Virus record (IMG/VR): IMGVR_UViG_3300033516_000134 | Coordinates: 1-37,299 of that record | Direction: 5' to 3' (one strand) | Source of the DNA: a virus | Length of the DNA stretch: 37,299 nucleotides | Shown here: piece after piece, positions 25,769 through 33,640 of the stretch | Position numbering within the stretch: position 1 is the stretch's first letter | Layout: the number at the start of each line of letters is the position of its first letter | The notes under the pieces: model-generated | Database searches by the model: none | What the model saw: the letters and a program-made list of their open reading frames with translations, nothing else | What the model was told of the DNA's origin: nothing | Translations under genes and position numbers: made by a program

Positions 25769-26845
25769 ATGGCTCACAATATCCACATCGACGCCAACGG
25801 CACCGCCGCCTTCGCTTCGCTCCGCAAGTCTGCTTGGCACGGACTCGGGCAGGTGGTTCAGCAGGAAATGAACGATCAGCAGATCCTCGACGCCGCTGGC
25901 TTGAACTGGCAGGTCACGGAGCAGCCGGTCTTCAGCGCCGAGACGCTGGACCTCGGCGGTGATTCGCTCACCACGCACAACCAGATCGAAGGCTACAAAC
26001 TGCTGCGCCGCTCGGACTCGAAGGCTGACCTTGCGGTGGTCAGCGCCGACTTCCGCGCCTTCCAGAACGCAGAAATGGTCAGCCTGATGCGCCGCATCGG
26101 AGGCGAGCAGGTGGTCTGGGAAACCGCTGGTGCGCTCGGCGCGAAGGGCGCGACTTGCTGGTGCCTCGCTCGCCTGCCCGACCTGGGGTTCTCGCTCGGC
26201 AATGACGCGACCGAGTTCTACATGCTGATCACGAACGGTCACGGCAACAATCGCGCGCTCACGGTGATGCCGACCACGATTCGGGTGGTCTGCCAAAACA
26301 CGATGCGCGCGGCTGAAGGCGACCGCAAGCAGCAGAACCAGCGCCAGCGCAACGCGCAGCGCAGCGACTTCAGCGCCTCGGCGCTGGCGGCTGGCTACAG
26401 CATCCACCACAACCTCGGGCTGGACCGCGCGGTTGCCGAGGTCGAGGATGCCTACCGGCGCTGCATCGCCAACCGGGACGCCACGAAGGTCGCCTGCGAA
26501 ATGATGGCAGCGAAGGCGATCAGCGAAGCGGACGCCCGGTCCTACTGGGACCGCATCCTGGGTGAGCCTCTGGCGCAGGATGAAACCGAGCGCAGCCGCG
26601 CCATGCGCGAGGAACGCGAAGCGAAGCGCCGCCGCCAGCTTGCGAGCATCTGGGTCAGCCCGACCTCGCAGACCGATGCCGCGCGCGGCACGGTGTACGG
26701 TGCCTTCCAGGCTGCGGTCGAGTGGATCGACCACGAAGCGCCTGCCCGATCCGCTGGAAGCCGCGCCTTCCGCGCCGTGCTGGGCAACGATGCGCGCACG
26801 AAGGCTGACGCCTGGACCGAGGCGCTGGTCCTGGCTGCTGCCTGA
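25769..26845 (+). CDS. DUF932 / phage-plasmid-like protein (TIGR03299 type)
   Basis: The start MAHNIHIDANGTAAFASLRKSAWHGLGQVV...LDAAGLNWQVTEQPVF matches the DUF932 N-terminal pattern. The ATG at 25769 is in frame with ORF 25424..26845. Confidence 0.8.
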   Translation: MAHNIHIDANGTAAFASLRKSAWHGLGQVVQQEMNDQQILDAAGLNWQVTEQPVFSAETLDLGGDSLTTHNQIEGYKLLRRSDSKADLAVVSADFRAFQNAEMVSLMRRIGGEQVVWETAGALGAKGATCWCLARLPDLGFSLGNDATEFYMLITNGHGNNRALTVMPTTIRVVCQNTMRAAEGDRKQQNQRQRNAQRSDFSASALAAGYSIHHNLGLDRAVAEVEDAYRRCIANRDATKVACEMMAAKAISEADARSYWDRILGEPLAQDETERSRAMREEREAKRRRQLASIWVSPTSQTDAARGTVYGAFQAAVEWIDHEAPARSAGSRAFRAVLGNDARTKADAWTEALVLAAA

Positions 26846-26933
26846 TCCTCTGGCGATCCTGCCGCTTCCTGCCCACCGAGGCAGCGGATGGACCGCCAGC
26901 GGATCGCACCCCCTGCTGCCTGGAGAACCCCCC

Positions 26934-27236
26934 ATGACCGACTGCCCGAAACTCACCGCCGACCAGCGCCAGCGCCTCGGCGCTCTGCTGCTCGCTGCCT
27001 GCGCCGACCGCGACCTGCTGTCGATCATCTACATGCAGAACGCCGACATGAAGCGCCACTGCGATCCCGAGGCGCTGGCGCTGGTCGCGCGCTACTGCGA
27101 GTCGGTCGCTGCTGAATCCACCGCCCTCGCCTCCGATCCCGCGCACGCCAGCCTGCGCGACAAGGCGCTGGAGAACACCGCCGCCTACCAGAGCGCCGCC
27201 AGCCAGCGCCACGCCATCCTGGCGAGCCTGCTGTGA
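26934..27236 (+). CDS. Hypothetical protein
   Basis: 100 aa starting at ATG 26934 (MTDCPKLTADQRQRLG...), preceded by GGAGAA. The upstream part of ORF 26562..27236 is an Arg/Pro-rich frame overlapping the DUF932 gene. Confidence 0.6.
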   Translation: MTDCPKLTADQRQRLGALLLAACADRDLLSIIYMQNADMKRHCDPEALALVARYCESVAAESTALASDPAHASLRDKALENTAAYQSAASQRHAILASLL

Positions 27237-27340
27237 TGCGCCGCTTTGCCTGCGAGGCGCGCACCCTGCTGCCCTGGCTGCTGCTCGGGCTTGGCATCGG
27301 CGCGACCATAGACCTGTGCATCCGCTGGTGGCTGCCGTGA
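27236..27340 (+). CDS. Possible 34-aa membrane micro-protein
   Basis: My own translation: MRRFACEARTLLPWLLLGLGIGATIDLCIRWWLP. 31 of 34 third positions are G/C. The ATG overlaps the upstream stop (TGATG) and its stop overlaps a GTG start (GTGA). Confidence 0.35.
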   Translation: MRRFACEARTLLPWLLLGLGIGATIDLCIRWWLP

Positions 27341-27762
27341 TCGCCTGGGACCGCGCTCTGCCCTACCAGCGCCGCGCCTCGCAGACCATGCGGCGCGCGA
27401 TGATGTTCCTTTCCTACAACCGCTCGGCGCTGGCCGATAGAGCGGTGCAGGATGCGCTGGTGAACCTCACCGCCATGTGCGCCAGCGCCGAGGTCCGCAC
27501 CATCCGACCGAGCAGTCTCGGCATCAGGCGCGCACGCTCTGCCGATTATGAAGCGGCGCTGATGCAATGGGTTGACGCCATCGCTGCGTGGCGCGAGCGC
27601 ACCTGGCTGGCTCGCCACGAACCTGCTGCTTCGCCTGCGCTTCGCCAACGCTTGCTGCTTGCCATCGCAGAGCAGCACAGTGGCGATGCAGCCGAGGGTG
27701 CGCGCATCGCTGCTGCCGTGCTTGAGGCGCTGCTTAACCCTCCACCGATGGAAGGAACCTAA
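27337..27762 (+). CDS. Hypothetical protein
   Basis: ORF 27316..27762. The coupled GTG at 27337 is favoured, but the start is uncertain. Confidence 0.6.
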   Translation: MIAWDRALPYQRRASQTMRRAMMFLSYNRSALADRAVQDALVNLTAMCASAEVRTIRPSSLGIRRARSADYEAALMQWVDAIAAWRERTWLARHEPAASPALRQRLLLAIAEQHSGDAAEGARIAAAVLEALLNPPPMEGT

Positions 27763-27764
27763 CC

Positions 27765-28073
27765 ATGCCGACTCTGCGGGTTGATATAGATGAATCGGAA
27801 ATCATCGACGCATGCGCCGATGAACCTGACATGATCACCGAAGCACTCGGGTTGCTGATGCGCCGTGAAAAGGAAGGAAGCCCGGCGCGACTGATGTATG
27901 CCGAGGCGGCGCGCGTGCTGGGTGGCGAGGGCGACGATCATCCCTGTCCGCTGATGATGGCGCAGCAGGTTGCGGCGCTCGACATCATCGATCGCGTATC
28001 CTTCGTGCGCGAACTCCTGCGCGAACTGCGACCCGGTGAGTTCGACGCCATGCTGCGCGAGGTGCTGTCATGA
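27765..28073 (+). CDS. Hypothetical acidic protein
   Basis: 102-aa ORF with GGAAGGA ribosome-binding site before ATG 27765. Confidence 0.65.
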   Translation: MPTLRVDIDESEIIDACADEPDMITEALGLLMRREKEGSPARLMYAEAARVLGGEGDDHPCPLMMAQQVAALDIIDRVSFVRELLRELRPGEFDAMLREVLS

Positions 28074-28348
28074 GCGAATACCACGCGCAACGCGCCGCTG
28101 CCTGGATGCAGGCGAACCCGATGACCATGCGAGCCTTCGAGGATTACGCCATGCACGCATGGGCTGCAGGCGCTCGGGTTGGTATCGCTTTGCTGGTCGA
28201 GCGTGTGCGATGGCTCGGAGTGGTCGAGCGCCGGGACGCTGCCGGGTTCAAGATCAACAACAACCATCGGCCCTACATCGCGCGCGAACTGATCCTCCGT
28301 CGCCCGATGCTGGCCGACATCATCGAAGTGCGCGAGGTTCGCCAATGA
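28070..28348 (+). CDS. Hypothetical protein
   Basis: 92-aa ORF with ATGA overlaps at both ends. Confidence 0.65.
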   Translation: MSEYHAQRAAAWMQANPMTMRAFEDYAMHAWAAGARVGIALLVERVRWLGVVERRDAAGFKINNNHRPYIARELILRRPMLADIIEVREVRQ

Positions 28349-28503
28349 TCCAGAATCCCTTTGATTGCGAGCGGATGCCATCTATTGATGCGGACATGCC
28401 GCCGCCATTCCACGACGAACTGCTGCACGCCTGCGAGGAAGAACGCGCGGCGCTCGAACCCATCACCCAGCCGGTCAGACCCGGCACTCAGGAGGACGCT
28501 TGA
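28345..28503 (+). CDS. Hypothetical small protein
   Basis: 52 aa (MIQNPFDCERMPSIDADMPPPFHDELLHACEEERAALEP...), ATGA-coupled to the upstream gene, in frame with ORF 27970..28503. Confidence 0.5.
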   Translation: MIQNPFDCERMPSIDADMPPPFHDELLHACEEERAALEPITQPVRPGTQEDA

Positions 28504-29216
28504 ACACTTCACCCGCCATTGCCGCCATCGCTGCGGCGCTCGCTGCCGCGCAGGCAGAATTACAAAACCCGCACCGCAACCGAGAGGTCACGGTCCAGCC
28601 GCGCGAGGGTCGCGCCTACCATTTCTCCTACGCCACGCTCGACAGCATCCTCGACGGGGTTCGCCCCATCCTGGCGAAGCACAAGCTGGCGCTGGTGCAG
28701 ACGCTCGAACTGAACGATCAGCGGCAGGCGATGGCAACCACGCTGCTGCATGCCAGCGGTGAGTGGATCGCAACCAGCGTCCCGATGACGATGGAGCGCA
28801 CCGGCAATCAGGCACTCGGGTCTGCGATGACCTACGCTCGGCGCTACGGGTTAATCGCTCTGCTCGGGCTGGCTGCTGATGAAGACGATGACGCCAACGG
28901 AGCGGACGGGAATGAAGTCCAGGCGGCGCAGCAGCGCACGCCAGCGCCGCGCCAGCCGCAGCAGGCAGCGCCTCCGCAGCAGCCGCAGCAGCCGCAGCAG
29001 CCGCAGCGCCGCCAGATGACGGCAGAGCAGGCGAAGGAAGCCGCAGACGCGAAGGTTGAGTTCGAGCGCCTGACCGCCTCGCTCGCTGCGAAACTGGGTG
29101 CCGATGAAGCGGACCACCAGATCGGCGCACTTCGCAAGCGCAACGGCGACAACTGGCGCAAGACGCTGGCCGAGGTCCGTGCGCTGGATGAATCCACCCC
29201 GGCTGCGAGTCGCTAA
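28500..29216 (+). CDS. erf: ERF-family single-strand annealing protein
   Basis: IAAALAAAQAELQNPHRNREV...YHFSYATLDSILDGVRPILAKHKLALVQ...GSAMTYARRYGLIALLGL matches the ERF pattern. TTG start preceded by AGGAGGA. Confidence 0.8.
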   Translation: MNTSPAIAAIAAALAAAQAELQNPHRNREVTVQPREGRAYHFSYATLDSILDGVRPILAKHKLALVQTLELNDQRQAMATTLLHASGEWIATSVPMTMERTGNQALGSAMTYARRYGLIALLGLAADEDDDANGADGNEVQAAQQRTPAPRQPQQAAPPQQPQQPQQPQRRQMTAEQAKEAADAKVEFERLTASLAAKLGADEADHQIGALRKRNGDNWRKTLAEVRALDESTPAASR

Positions 29217-29217
29217 C

Positions 29218-29415
29218 ATGGCGCAGCGCACCCGCTCATATGCTGCGGTTCTGGCTGGCATGCGCTCGCGCATGTCGGCAACGCCGACCGAGGAAACTCT
29301 GGTCGCCTGCCTGCGCGACATCCAAACCTGGGACTGCGACAAGTCCACGAAGGATGGCGCAGGCGATGAACTGCGCCGCTGCCTGCTCCACCTCCAGTCG
29401 AAGGCTCACCAGTGA
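29218..29415 (+). CDS. Hypothetical small protein
   Basis: 65 aa starting at ATG 29218, 1 nt after the erf stop; ends in a GTGA overlap with the exonuclease gene. Confidence 0.5.
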   Translation: MAQRTRSYAAVLAGMRSRMSATPTEETLVACLRDIQTWDCDKSTKDGAGDELRRCLLHLQSKAHQ

Positions 29416-30338
29416 CCATCATCCACTCTGCACAGCTTGGCGACCGCGAGTATCACCGCACGCCGGGTATCACCTTCCACCGCCTGAAGGATTTCTTGAC
29501 GAAGGGACCGTCCTATTACGAGGCGCGGTATGTCACCGGCACCATGCCGCCGCCGCCCGACTCCGACTGGGGTTTGCTCGGGCAGGCGTACCATGCCTTC
29601 GGTCTGGAAGGCGAGGAAGTGTTCAGGCAGCAGTTCGTCGCAGCGCCTCCGACCTACATGGGCAAGGAAGGCAAGGCGAAGGACGCGCCGCTCATCGAAA
29701 AACCGTGGAACTGGAACGCGACCTTTTGCCAGGAGTGGCGCGAGGCGCAGCGCAGCGGAGGCAAGCGGGTGCTGGATGCAGCCGACTACGATGCTGCGGT
29801 TGCCATCGGGCGGAACATGCGCGCCAACCCGCACGCTGCGCGCCTGCTCGGCTGCGGATGGTGCGAGTTGACCATCACCCAGCCCGAGCCTCGGTTTCCT
29901 GTCCCGATCATGGGTCGCATCGACTGGCTCGCCTCGACCAGCACGAAGACCAGCGATGCCTGGGCAATCGCTGATCCGAAGGGCTGCACCGACATCCATG
30001 ATTTTGAACGCGAATCCATCCGCCTCGGCTACCATCGGCAGATGGCTTGGTATCGCAAACTGGTGCGCGATGAAATCGGCAAGCAGTTGCCGGTGTTCCT
30101 GATCGCTCTGGAAAAGGGGTGCATGCACCGGGTGCGACCCTATCAGGTTGACCCGGCGCTGCTCGACATGGCCGAGGAACAGAACGCGCGCGACCTCGAC
30201 AAACTGGCCGATGCCTACCAGCGCAACCACTGGCCGTTGGATCACGACGAAGGGATGCGCGTGCTGATGGCTCCCGCCTGGATGACGAAGCGGGACGATG
30301 CGCTGCCCGAGGTCGCACCGTGGGAGGCTGGCACATGA
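29412..30338 (+). CDS. PD-(D/E)XK exonuclease (DUF3799 / RecE-like), partner of ERF
   Basis: 308 aa. GRIDWL...AIADPKGCTD...GYHRQMAWY fits the D...D-x-K...QxxxY nuclease core; positioned between erf and ssb. Confidence 0.7.
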   Translation: MTIIHSAQLGDREYHRTPGITFHRLKDFLTKGPSYYEARYVTGTMPPPPDSDWGLLGQAYHAFGLEGEEVFRQQFVAAPPTYMGKEGKAKDAPLIEKPWNWNATFCQEWREAQRSGGKRVLDAADYDAAVAIGRNMRANPHAARLLGCGWCELTITQPEPRFPVPIMGRIDWLASTSTKTSDAWAIADPKGCTDIHDFERESIRLGYHRQMAWYRKLVRDEIGKQLPVFLIALEKGCMHRVRPYQVDPALLDMAEEQNARDLDKLADAYQRNHWPLDHDEGMRVLMAPAWMTKRDDALPEVAPWEAGT

Positions 30339-30592
30339 GCAAGAACAAGCCGACCGCTGATGATCTGCTCGGTGCCTACAAGCATCGCAACGAGGCGCTG
30401 AATGAACGCCAGTGGATGAGCATGCAGGAGGTGGCCGACCATCTGGATGTCAGCAAGGACACCGTGCGCCGCCTGCTGTCCCGTGGGCTGCTGCGCTGCG
30501 TGAGCCTCGGCTACCGCACGAAGCGCATCGACCGCGCCGACCTCGACGCCTTCCTGGCTGGCAACCCATCCGATCGAAAGGAAACCAAGTGA
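30335..30592 (+). CDS. Helix-turn-helix DNA-binding protein (excisionase/MerR-like HTH)
   Basis: 85 aa starting at ATG 30335 (GGGAGG upstream). WMSMQEVADHLDVSKDTVRRLLSRGLL is a typical HTH_17-type segment. Confidence 0.6.
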   Translation: MSKNKPTADDLLGAYKHRNEALNERQWMSMQEVADHLDVSKDTVRRLLSRGLLRCVSLGYRTKRIDRADLDAFLAGNPSDRKETK

Positions 30593-31062
30593 GCGACCTG
30601 AACATATTCTGCGCGACCGCGCGCCTCACCCGAGACCCTGAAGTCCGCTTCCTCGCTGGCGACAAGCAGGTGGCGAAGGTCGGGCTGGCAATCAGTCGCG
30701 CCTTCACCAGCAACGGGCAGCGGCAAGAGGAAACCCTGTTCCTCGACGGCGAGGCGTGGGGCAAGCTGGCCGACATCATCGGCAAGTTTTGCACCAAGGG
30801 AAAGCAGGTCGCCGTGCGCGGTCGCCTCAAGCTGGACACCTGGGAAAAGGACGGCCACAAGCAGAGCAAAGTCAGACTTGTGGTTGAAGAACTGACATTG
30901 CTGGCGGGTGGCGATCGAAGCGCCGCGCCTGCATCCGATGGTGGCGAGCCTGCGGAACCTGCAGCGCCGCGCCGACCTGCTCGACCAGCGCAGAGTCGCG
31001 CCGCCTCCGAGGCTGAAGCGGATGGTGGTCGATTCGGTGGTGATGACGAACCACCGTTCTGA
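30589..31062 (+). CDS. ssb: Single-stranded DNA-binding protein
   Basis: OB-fold pattern LNIFCATARLTRDPEVRF...VAKVGLAISR...FLDGEAWGKLA...VAVRGRLKLDTWEKDG and an acidic C-terminal tip DDEPPF. GTG start in a GTGA overlap. Confidence 0.9.
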   Translation: MSDLNIFCATARLTRDPEVRFLAGDKQVAKVGLAISRAFTSNGQRQEETLFLDGEAWGKLADIIGKFCTKGKQVAVRGRLKLDTWEKDGHKQSKVRLVVEELTLLAGGDRSAAPASDGGEPAEPAAPRRPARPAQSRAASEAEADGGRFGGDDEPPF

Positions 31063-31313
31063 TGACGATGAACTGCATGGGCTGGCTGCTCTTGCTTCCG
31101 AGCGCAGCCAGCCTATGCCCTTCGAACGCCAGCGCCGCACCGCTGGAGCAACCGAGCATGATCCATTCCTCTACTTCCCACGCATCACCAGATGCCGTTC
31201 CTCCAACCTGCCTGGGGTTCCTGGGTTGCGCCATGCTCGCATGGTTCGCAGGTTGGAGGGTGCGGCGGCATCTGGTGATGCGTTGGTCGCAGAGGTCTTG
31301 GGTCAATGCCTGA
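31062..31313 (+). CDS. Doubtful 83-aa membrane-protein ORF (the region may instead be a structured non-coding element)
   Basis: The ORF is coupled at both ends (TGATG and an 8-nt overlap) and has two hydrophobic stretches. However, GC3 is lower than in neighbouring genes and it contains two long stem-loops. Confidence 0.3.
   Translation: MTMNCMGWLLLLPSAASLCPSNASAAPLEQPSMIHSSTSHASPDAVPPTCLGFLGCAMLAWFAGWRVRRHLVMRWSQRSWVNA
31080..31113 (+). terminator. Stem-loop immediately after ssb
   Basis: ggctggctgc (31080-31089) pairs perfectly with gcagccagcc (31104-31113), with four more inner pairs. It starts 18 nt after the ssb stop and has no clear U-tract. Confidence 0.35.
31200..31259 (+). other. 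60-nt nested stem-loop element
   Basis: A 12-bp outer stem, cctccaacctgc (31200-31211) with gcaggttggagg (31248-31259), encloses an inner hairpin, ccatg (31231-31235) with catgg (31240-31244). Confidence 0.4.
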
Positions 31314-32151
31314 TCTACCAAACTGGGTTCGCCTGAACCTCATATCGGTGCAGTCTGCTCTGCTGCGCCTGCCTGATGATTCAGCCCGTGGTCGCTGGTT
31401 CCTCTGGATGGTCCAGGGCGCAACCGGACAGGATGCTCCGTCCGATGATCCGGTCGCCTCCGCTGGTCATGCCTTCGGTCGCTCGCTGCTGACCGAGGCG
31501 GTCGCCTATCAACAGCAGGTCAGCGACCAGCGGCGCGGAGCGGCAAAAGCTCGGTGGGGTGATGCGGCAGCAATGCGACCGCATGCGGCTGCATTGCAAA
31601 CGGATGCGGGTGCAATGCAAAACGATGCACAGTACAGTACAGTACATAACAAGACAGTACCAGCAGCAGCAGTTCGAGGCGCACCGGCTGCTGCCGCCGC
31701 TGCTCCCATGCCTGGAGGATCGCAGCCAGTCGCGCAGGCTTCCAGGCAGGACGAGGATTTGTTCCCAGATGGCTCCCAGGAGGGGGGCAAGCCTTTGCCT
31801 GCCCAGGATCGAACGAAACGCGACCCATCTCCTGCTGACCTGGGGGTTCTTTTCCCAGCATTGCTGGTCTATCCAGAGGACCGGCAGCCACTCGCAATCG
31901 CTCTGGTGCTGTACGGTCCCGATGCGGTGATGGCATGCCTGCGGAAACTCAGCGTCGAGGCGAAGGCGCGACCGAGGGGCAAGCACCGCATCCTGCTCGG
32001 AGAACTGACCGAGCGCCTGCGCCGCACGGTTGCGCTTGCCTCAGAGGACTATCAACGCGCCGGGCTTCCCGTTCCAGATGGCACTCCTTCCCAAACGATT
32101 CTTGACTGCATGACCCCCCACAACATTCAGGAAATGCTACGCAATGCCTAG
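31306..32151 (+). CDS. Putative replication initiator (DUF1376/YdaU-like N-terminus) containing origin-like iterons
   Basis: 281 aa. The N-terminal segment NWVRLNLISVQSALLRLPDDSARGRWFLWMVQ...AKARWG is reminiscent of DUF1376 replication proteins. Phased DNA repeats lie in the middle of the gene. Confidence 0.4.
   Translation: MPDLPNWVRLNLISVQSALLRLPDDSARGRWFLWMVQGATGQDAPSDDPVASAGHAFGRSLLTEAVAYQQQVSDQRRGAAKARWGDAAAMRPHAAALQTDAGAMQNDAQYSTVHNKTVPAAAVRGAPAAAAAAPMPGGSQPVAQASRQDEDLFPDGSQEGGKPLPAQDRTKRDPSPADLGVLFPALLVYPEDRQPLAIALVLYGPDAVMACLRKLSVEAKARPRGKHRILLGELTERLRRTVALASEDYQRAGLPVPDGTPSQTILDCMTPHNIQEMLRNA
31562..31660 (+). repeat. Iteron array plus AGTAC pentamer repeats; candidate origin of replication
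   Basis: ATGCGGCAGCAATGCG (31562), ATGCGGCTGCATTGCA (31583), ATGCGGGTGCAATGCA (31604) and a partial ATGCAC (31625) are spaced exactly 21 bp apart. They are followed by (AGTAC)x3 at 31631-31645 and another AGTAC at 31656-31660, in a locally AT-richer patch. Confidence 0.55.
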
Positions 32152-32686
32152 ATACATGAACGCCAAGTCATCCGATCTGCACGCCGATGCCGAGCAGAAA
32201 ACGGTCAACATTTCCGAGGCTGAACTGGCAGCTGCAGCAGCCGCGCACAAGGTTCCGCTGGATCAGGCAGGACCGTGGGCAGAGCATGACCGCGCCTGCA
32301 TCCGCTGGAAGCATCGGGTGTTCGAACTGCTGATGGACATGCTTTGCACTCCGACCCGCTATGCTGCCGCAATGGAAAAGCTGCGCCGCGCCAAGTACGT
32401 TCGCCCGAGCAGCCACGATTACATTGCCGCTTTCGACTCCGCTCTGGAATCGGTGCGCGCCGATCTGCTCGACATGGCACCGCATGGGCTGGGTGGGGTT
32501 TGGGTCACGAATGAAATCATGGGGCAGCATGGCAACCGGCTGCGCTTCGACATCATCCACGAACTCGCGTGCGGCGGCTGGCTTCCGATGCGACCGCCAA
32601 GCCCGAACGCCCAGGCTCGCAAGCGTGATCCGCAGACCGATGCAGAGCGGCAGGCACGCGCCGAAGAACTGGCAGGCACGCTATGA
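32144..32686 (+). CDS. Hypothetical protein
   Basis: 180-aa ORF with an 8-nt overlap with the upstream gene; no NTPase motif seen. Confidence 0.65.
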   Translation: MPRYMNAKSSDLHADAEQKTVNISEAELAAAAAAHKVPLDQAGPWAEHDRACIRWKHRVFELLMDMLCTPTRYAAAMEKLRRAKYVRPSSHDYIAAFDSALESVRADLLDMAPHGLGGVWVTNEIMGQHGNRLRFDIIHELACGGWLPMRPPSPNAQARKRDPQTDAERQARAEELAGTL

Positions 32687-32859
32687 AATTCGGTGATCGC
32701 TGCCCCTGGTGCGGACACATCATGGAGCGCACGCAAACCATCAGCGTCAAGGCGAACGGCGAAATGCTGCACGCTCGCTGCGAGGATGTTCGTAACGCCA
32801 AGATCAGGCGCGACCGCAAGCGAGCGGATGCGCCGCCGCGACAGGCGACCGGCATATGA
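32683..32859 (+). CDS. Small CxxC zinc-ribbon-like protein
   Basis: 58 aa, my own translation: MKFGDRCPWCGHIMERTQTISVKANGEMLHARCEDVRNAK... ATGA overlaps at both ends. Confidence 0.55.
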   Translation: MKFGDRCPWCGHIMERTQTISVKANGEMLHARCEDVRNAKIRRDRKRADAPPRQATGI

Positions 32860-33227
32860 GCGCCACCGCTGACATTTCCATCCGAGGCAAAACCCGGCGC
32901 GACTGCCCTGCCTGCGGGTCAATGACGATGCGGATGGTCTGGGTTGAGCAGAGCGGACGAAGCTGGCGCGAGGTTCAATGCGAGTGCGGACACCATGCCG
33001 AGGTCAGCAAGATCGACCGCAAGGTTTACAGCATGCTCGCGCCAGAGGATGCGACTGCGCTGCGCTTCATCCTCGACGCCATCCAGCGAGCAGCAGACGC
33101 CGAGCGATGCGGTGACGATCAGTTGCGCCGCCACCTGCACACGCATGCGCTCGCTCATATCAACCGACTGCAACCAAGCCTGCGCCGCAAGCTCGGGCTT
33201 CCTCCCATCACGCAGGAGAACGCATGA
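32856..33227 (+). CDS. Zinc-ribbon-like protein
   Basis: 123 aa with CPAC (aa 17-20) and CECGH (aa 42-46). Confidence 0.6.
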   Translation: MSATADISIRGKTRRDCPACGSMTMRMVWVEQSGRSWREVQCECGHHAEVSKIDRKVYSMLAPEDATALRFILDAIQRAADAERCGDDQLRRHLHTHALAHINRLQPSLRRKLGLPPITQENA

Positions 33228-33640
33228 CAATCAAACTTTCCATCACCGTCGATCTGAACATTTCAGACCTGCCCGAGCCTCGACCGTTCGACATCGAACA
33301 GGGTGTGCGCCTGGGATGCCTGACGCTCTGCGATCCGATGGTTGACGAGGACGAAGGCGGCACCGGCATGAAGGACATCGAAGCACGGTGGCCCTGCGAA
33401 TCGAACGAAGCAATGTCCTACTGCATCTGGTTCCACTCCTATGCTCTGCCCATGCTTGCCGCTGGCGGATGCCTTCGCATGCAGGTGCAGACTGACGAGG
33501 TGCGCGCCGGGCTGCATCAGGCGTTCCGAGGCGATGACCCGCGCGCCTTCCTGGCAATCAAACAGAACGCTCTGGCTGCACAGGCAGGCGCGAAGCTGGA
33601 AGCAATCAAGGCGATCGTCAACGGTGGCGACCATGCCTGA
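33224..33640 (+). CDS. Hypothetical protein
   Basis: 138-aa ORF, ATGA-coupled. Confidence 0.65.
   Translation: MTIKLSITVDLNISDLPEPRPFDIEQGVRLGCLTLCDPMVDEDEGGTGMKDIEARWPCESNEAMSYCIWFHSYALPMLAAGGCLRMQVQTDEVRAGLHQAFRGDDPRAFLAIKQNALAAQAGAKLEAIKAIVNGGDHA

Noticed and set aside
24190-25770. 526-aa minus-strand ORF almost exactly antisense to the 493-aa plus-strand gene; a possible fully overlapping gene pair
   Set aside because: The plus frame has the host-like codon pattern (CTG, GCC, CGC, with G/C at nearly every third position) and a ribosome-binding site. The minus-frame product is an Arg/Gly/Ala-rich low-complexity string, typical of antisense shadow ORFs in GC-rich DNA. It also runs against the direction of the whole early unit.
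31562-31660. Regularly spaced direct repeats considered as a mini CRISPR array
   Set aside because: There are only 3-4 copies, with about 5-bp spacers at a 21-bp period. The repeats are degenerate, lie inside an ORF, and no cas genes are present. The pattern fits iterons, not CRISPR.
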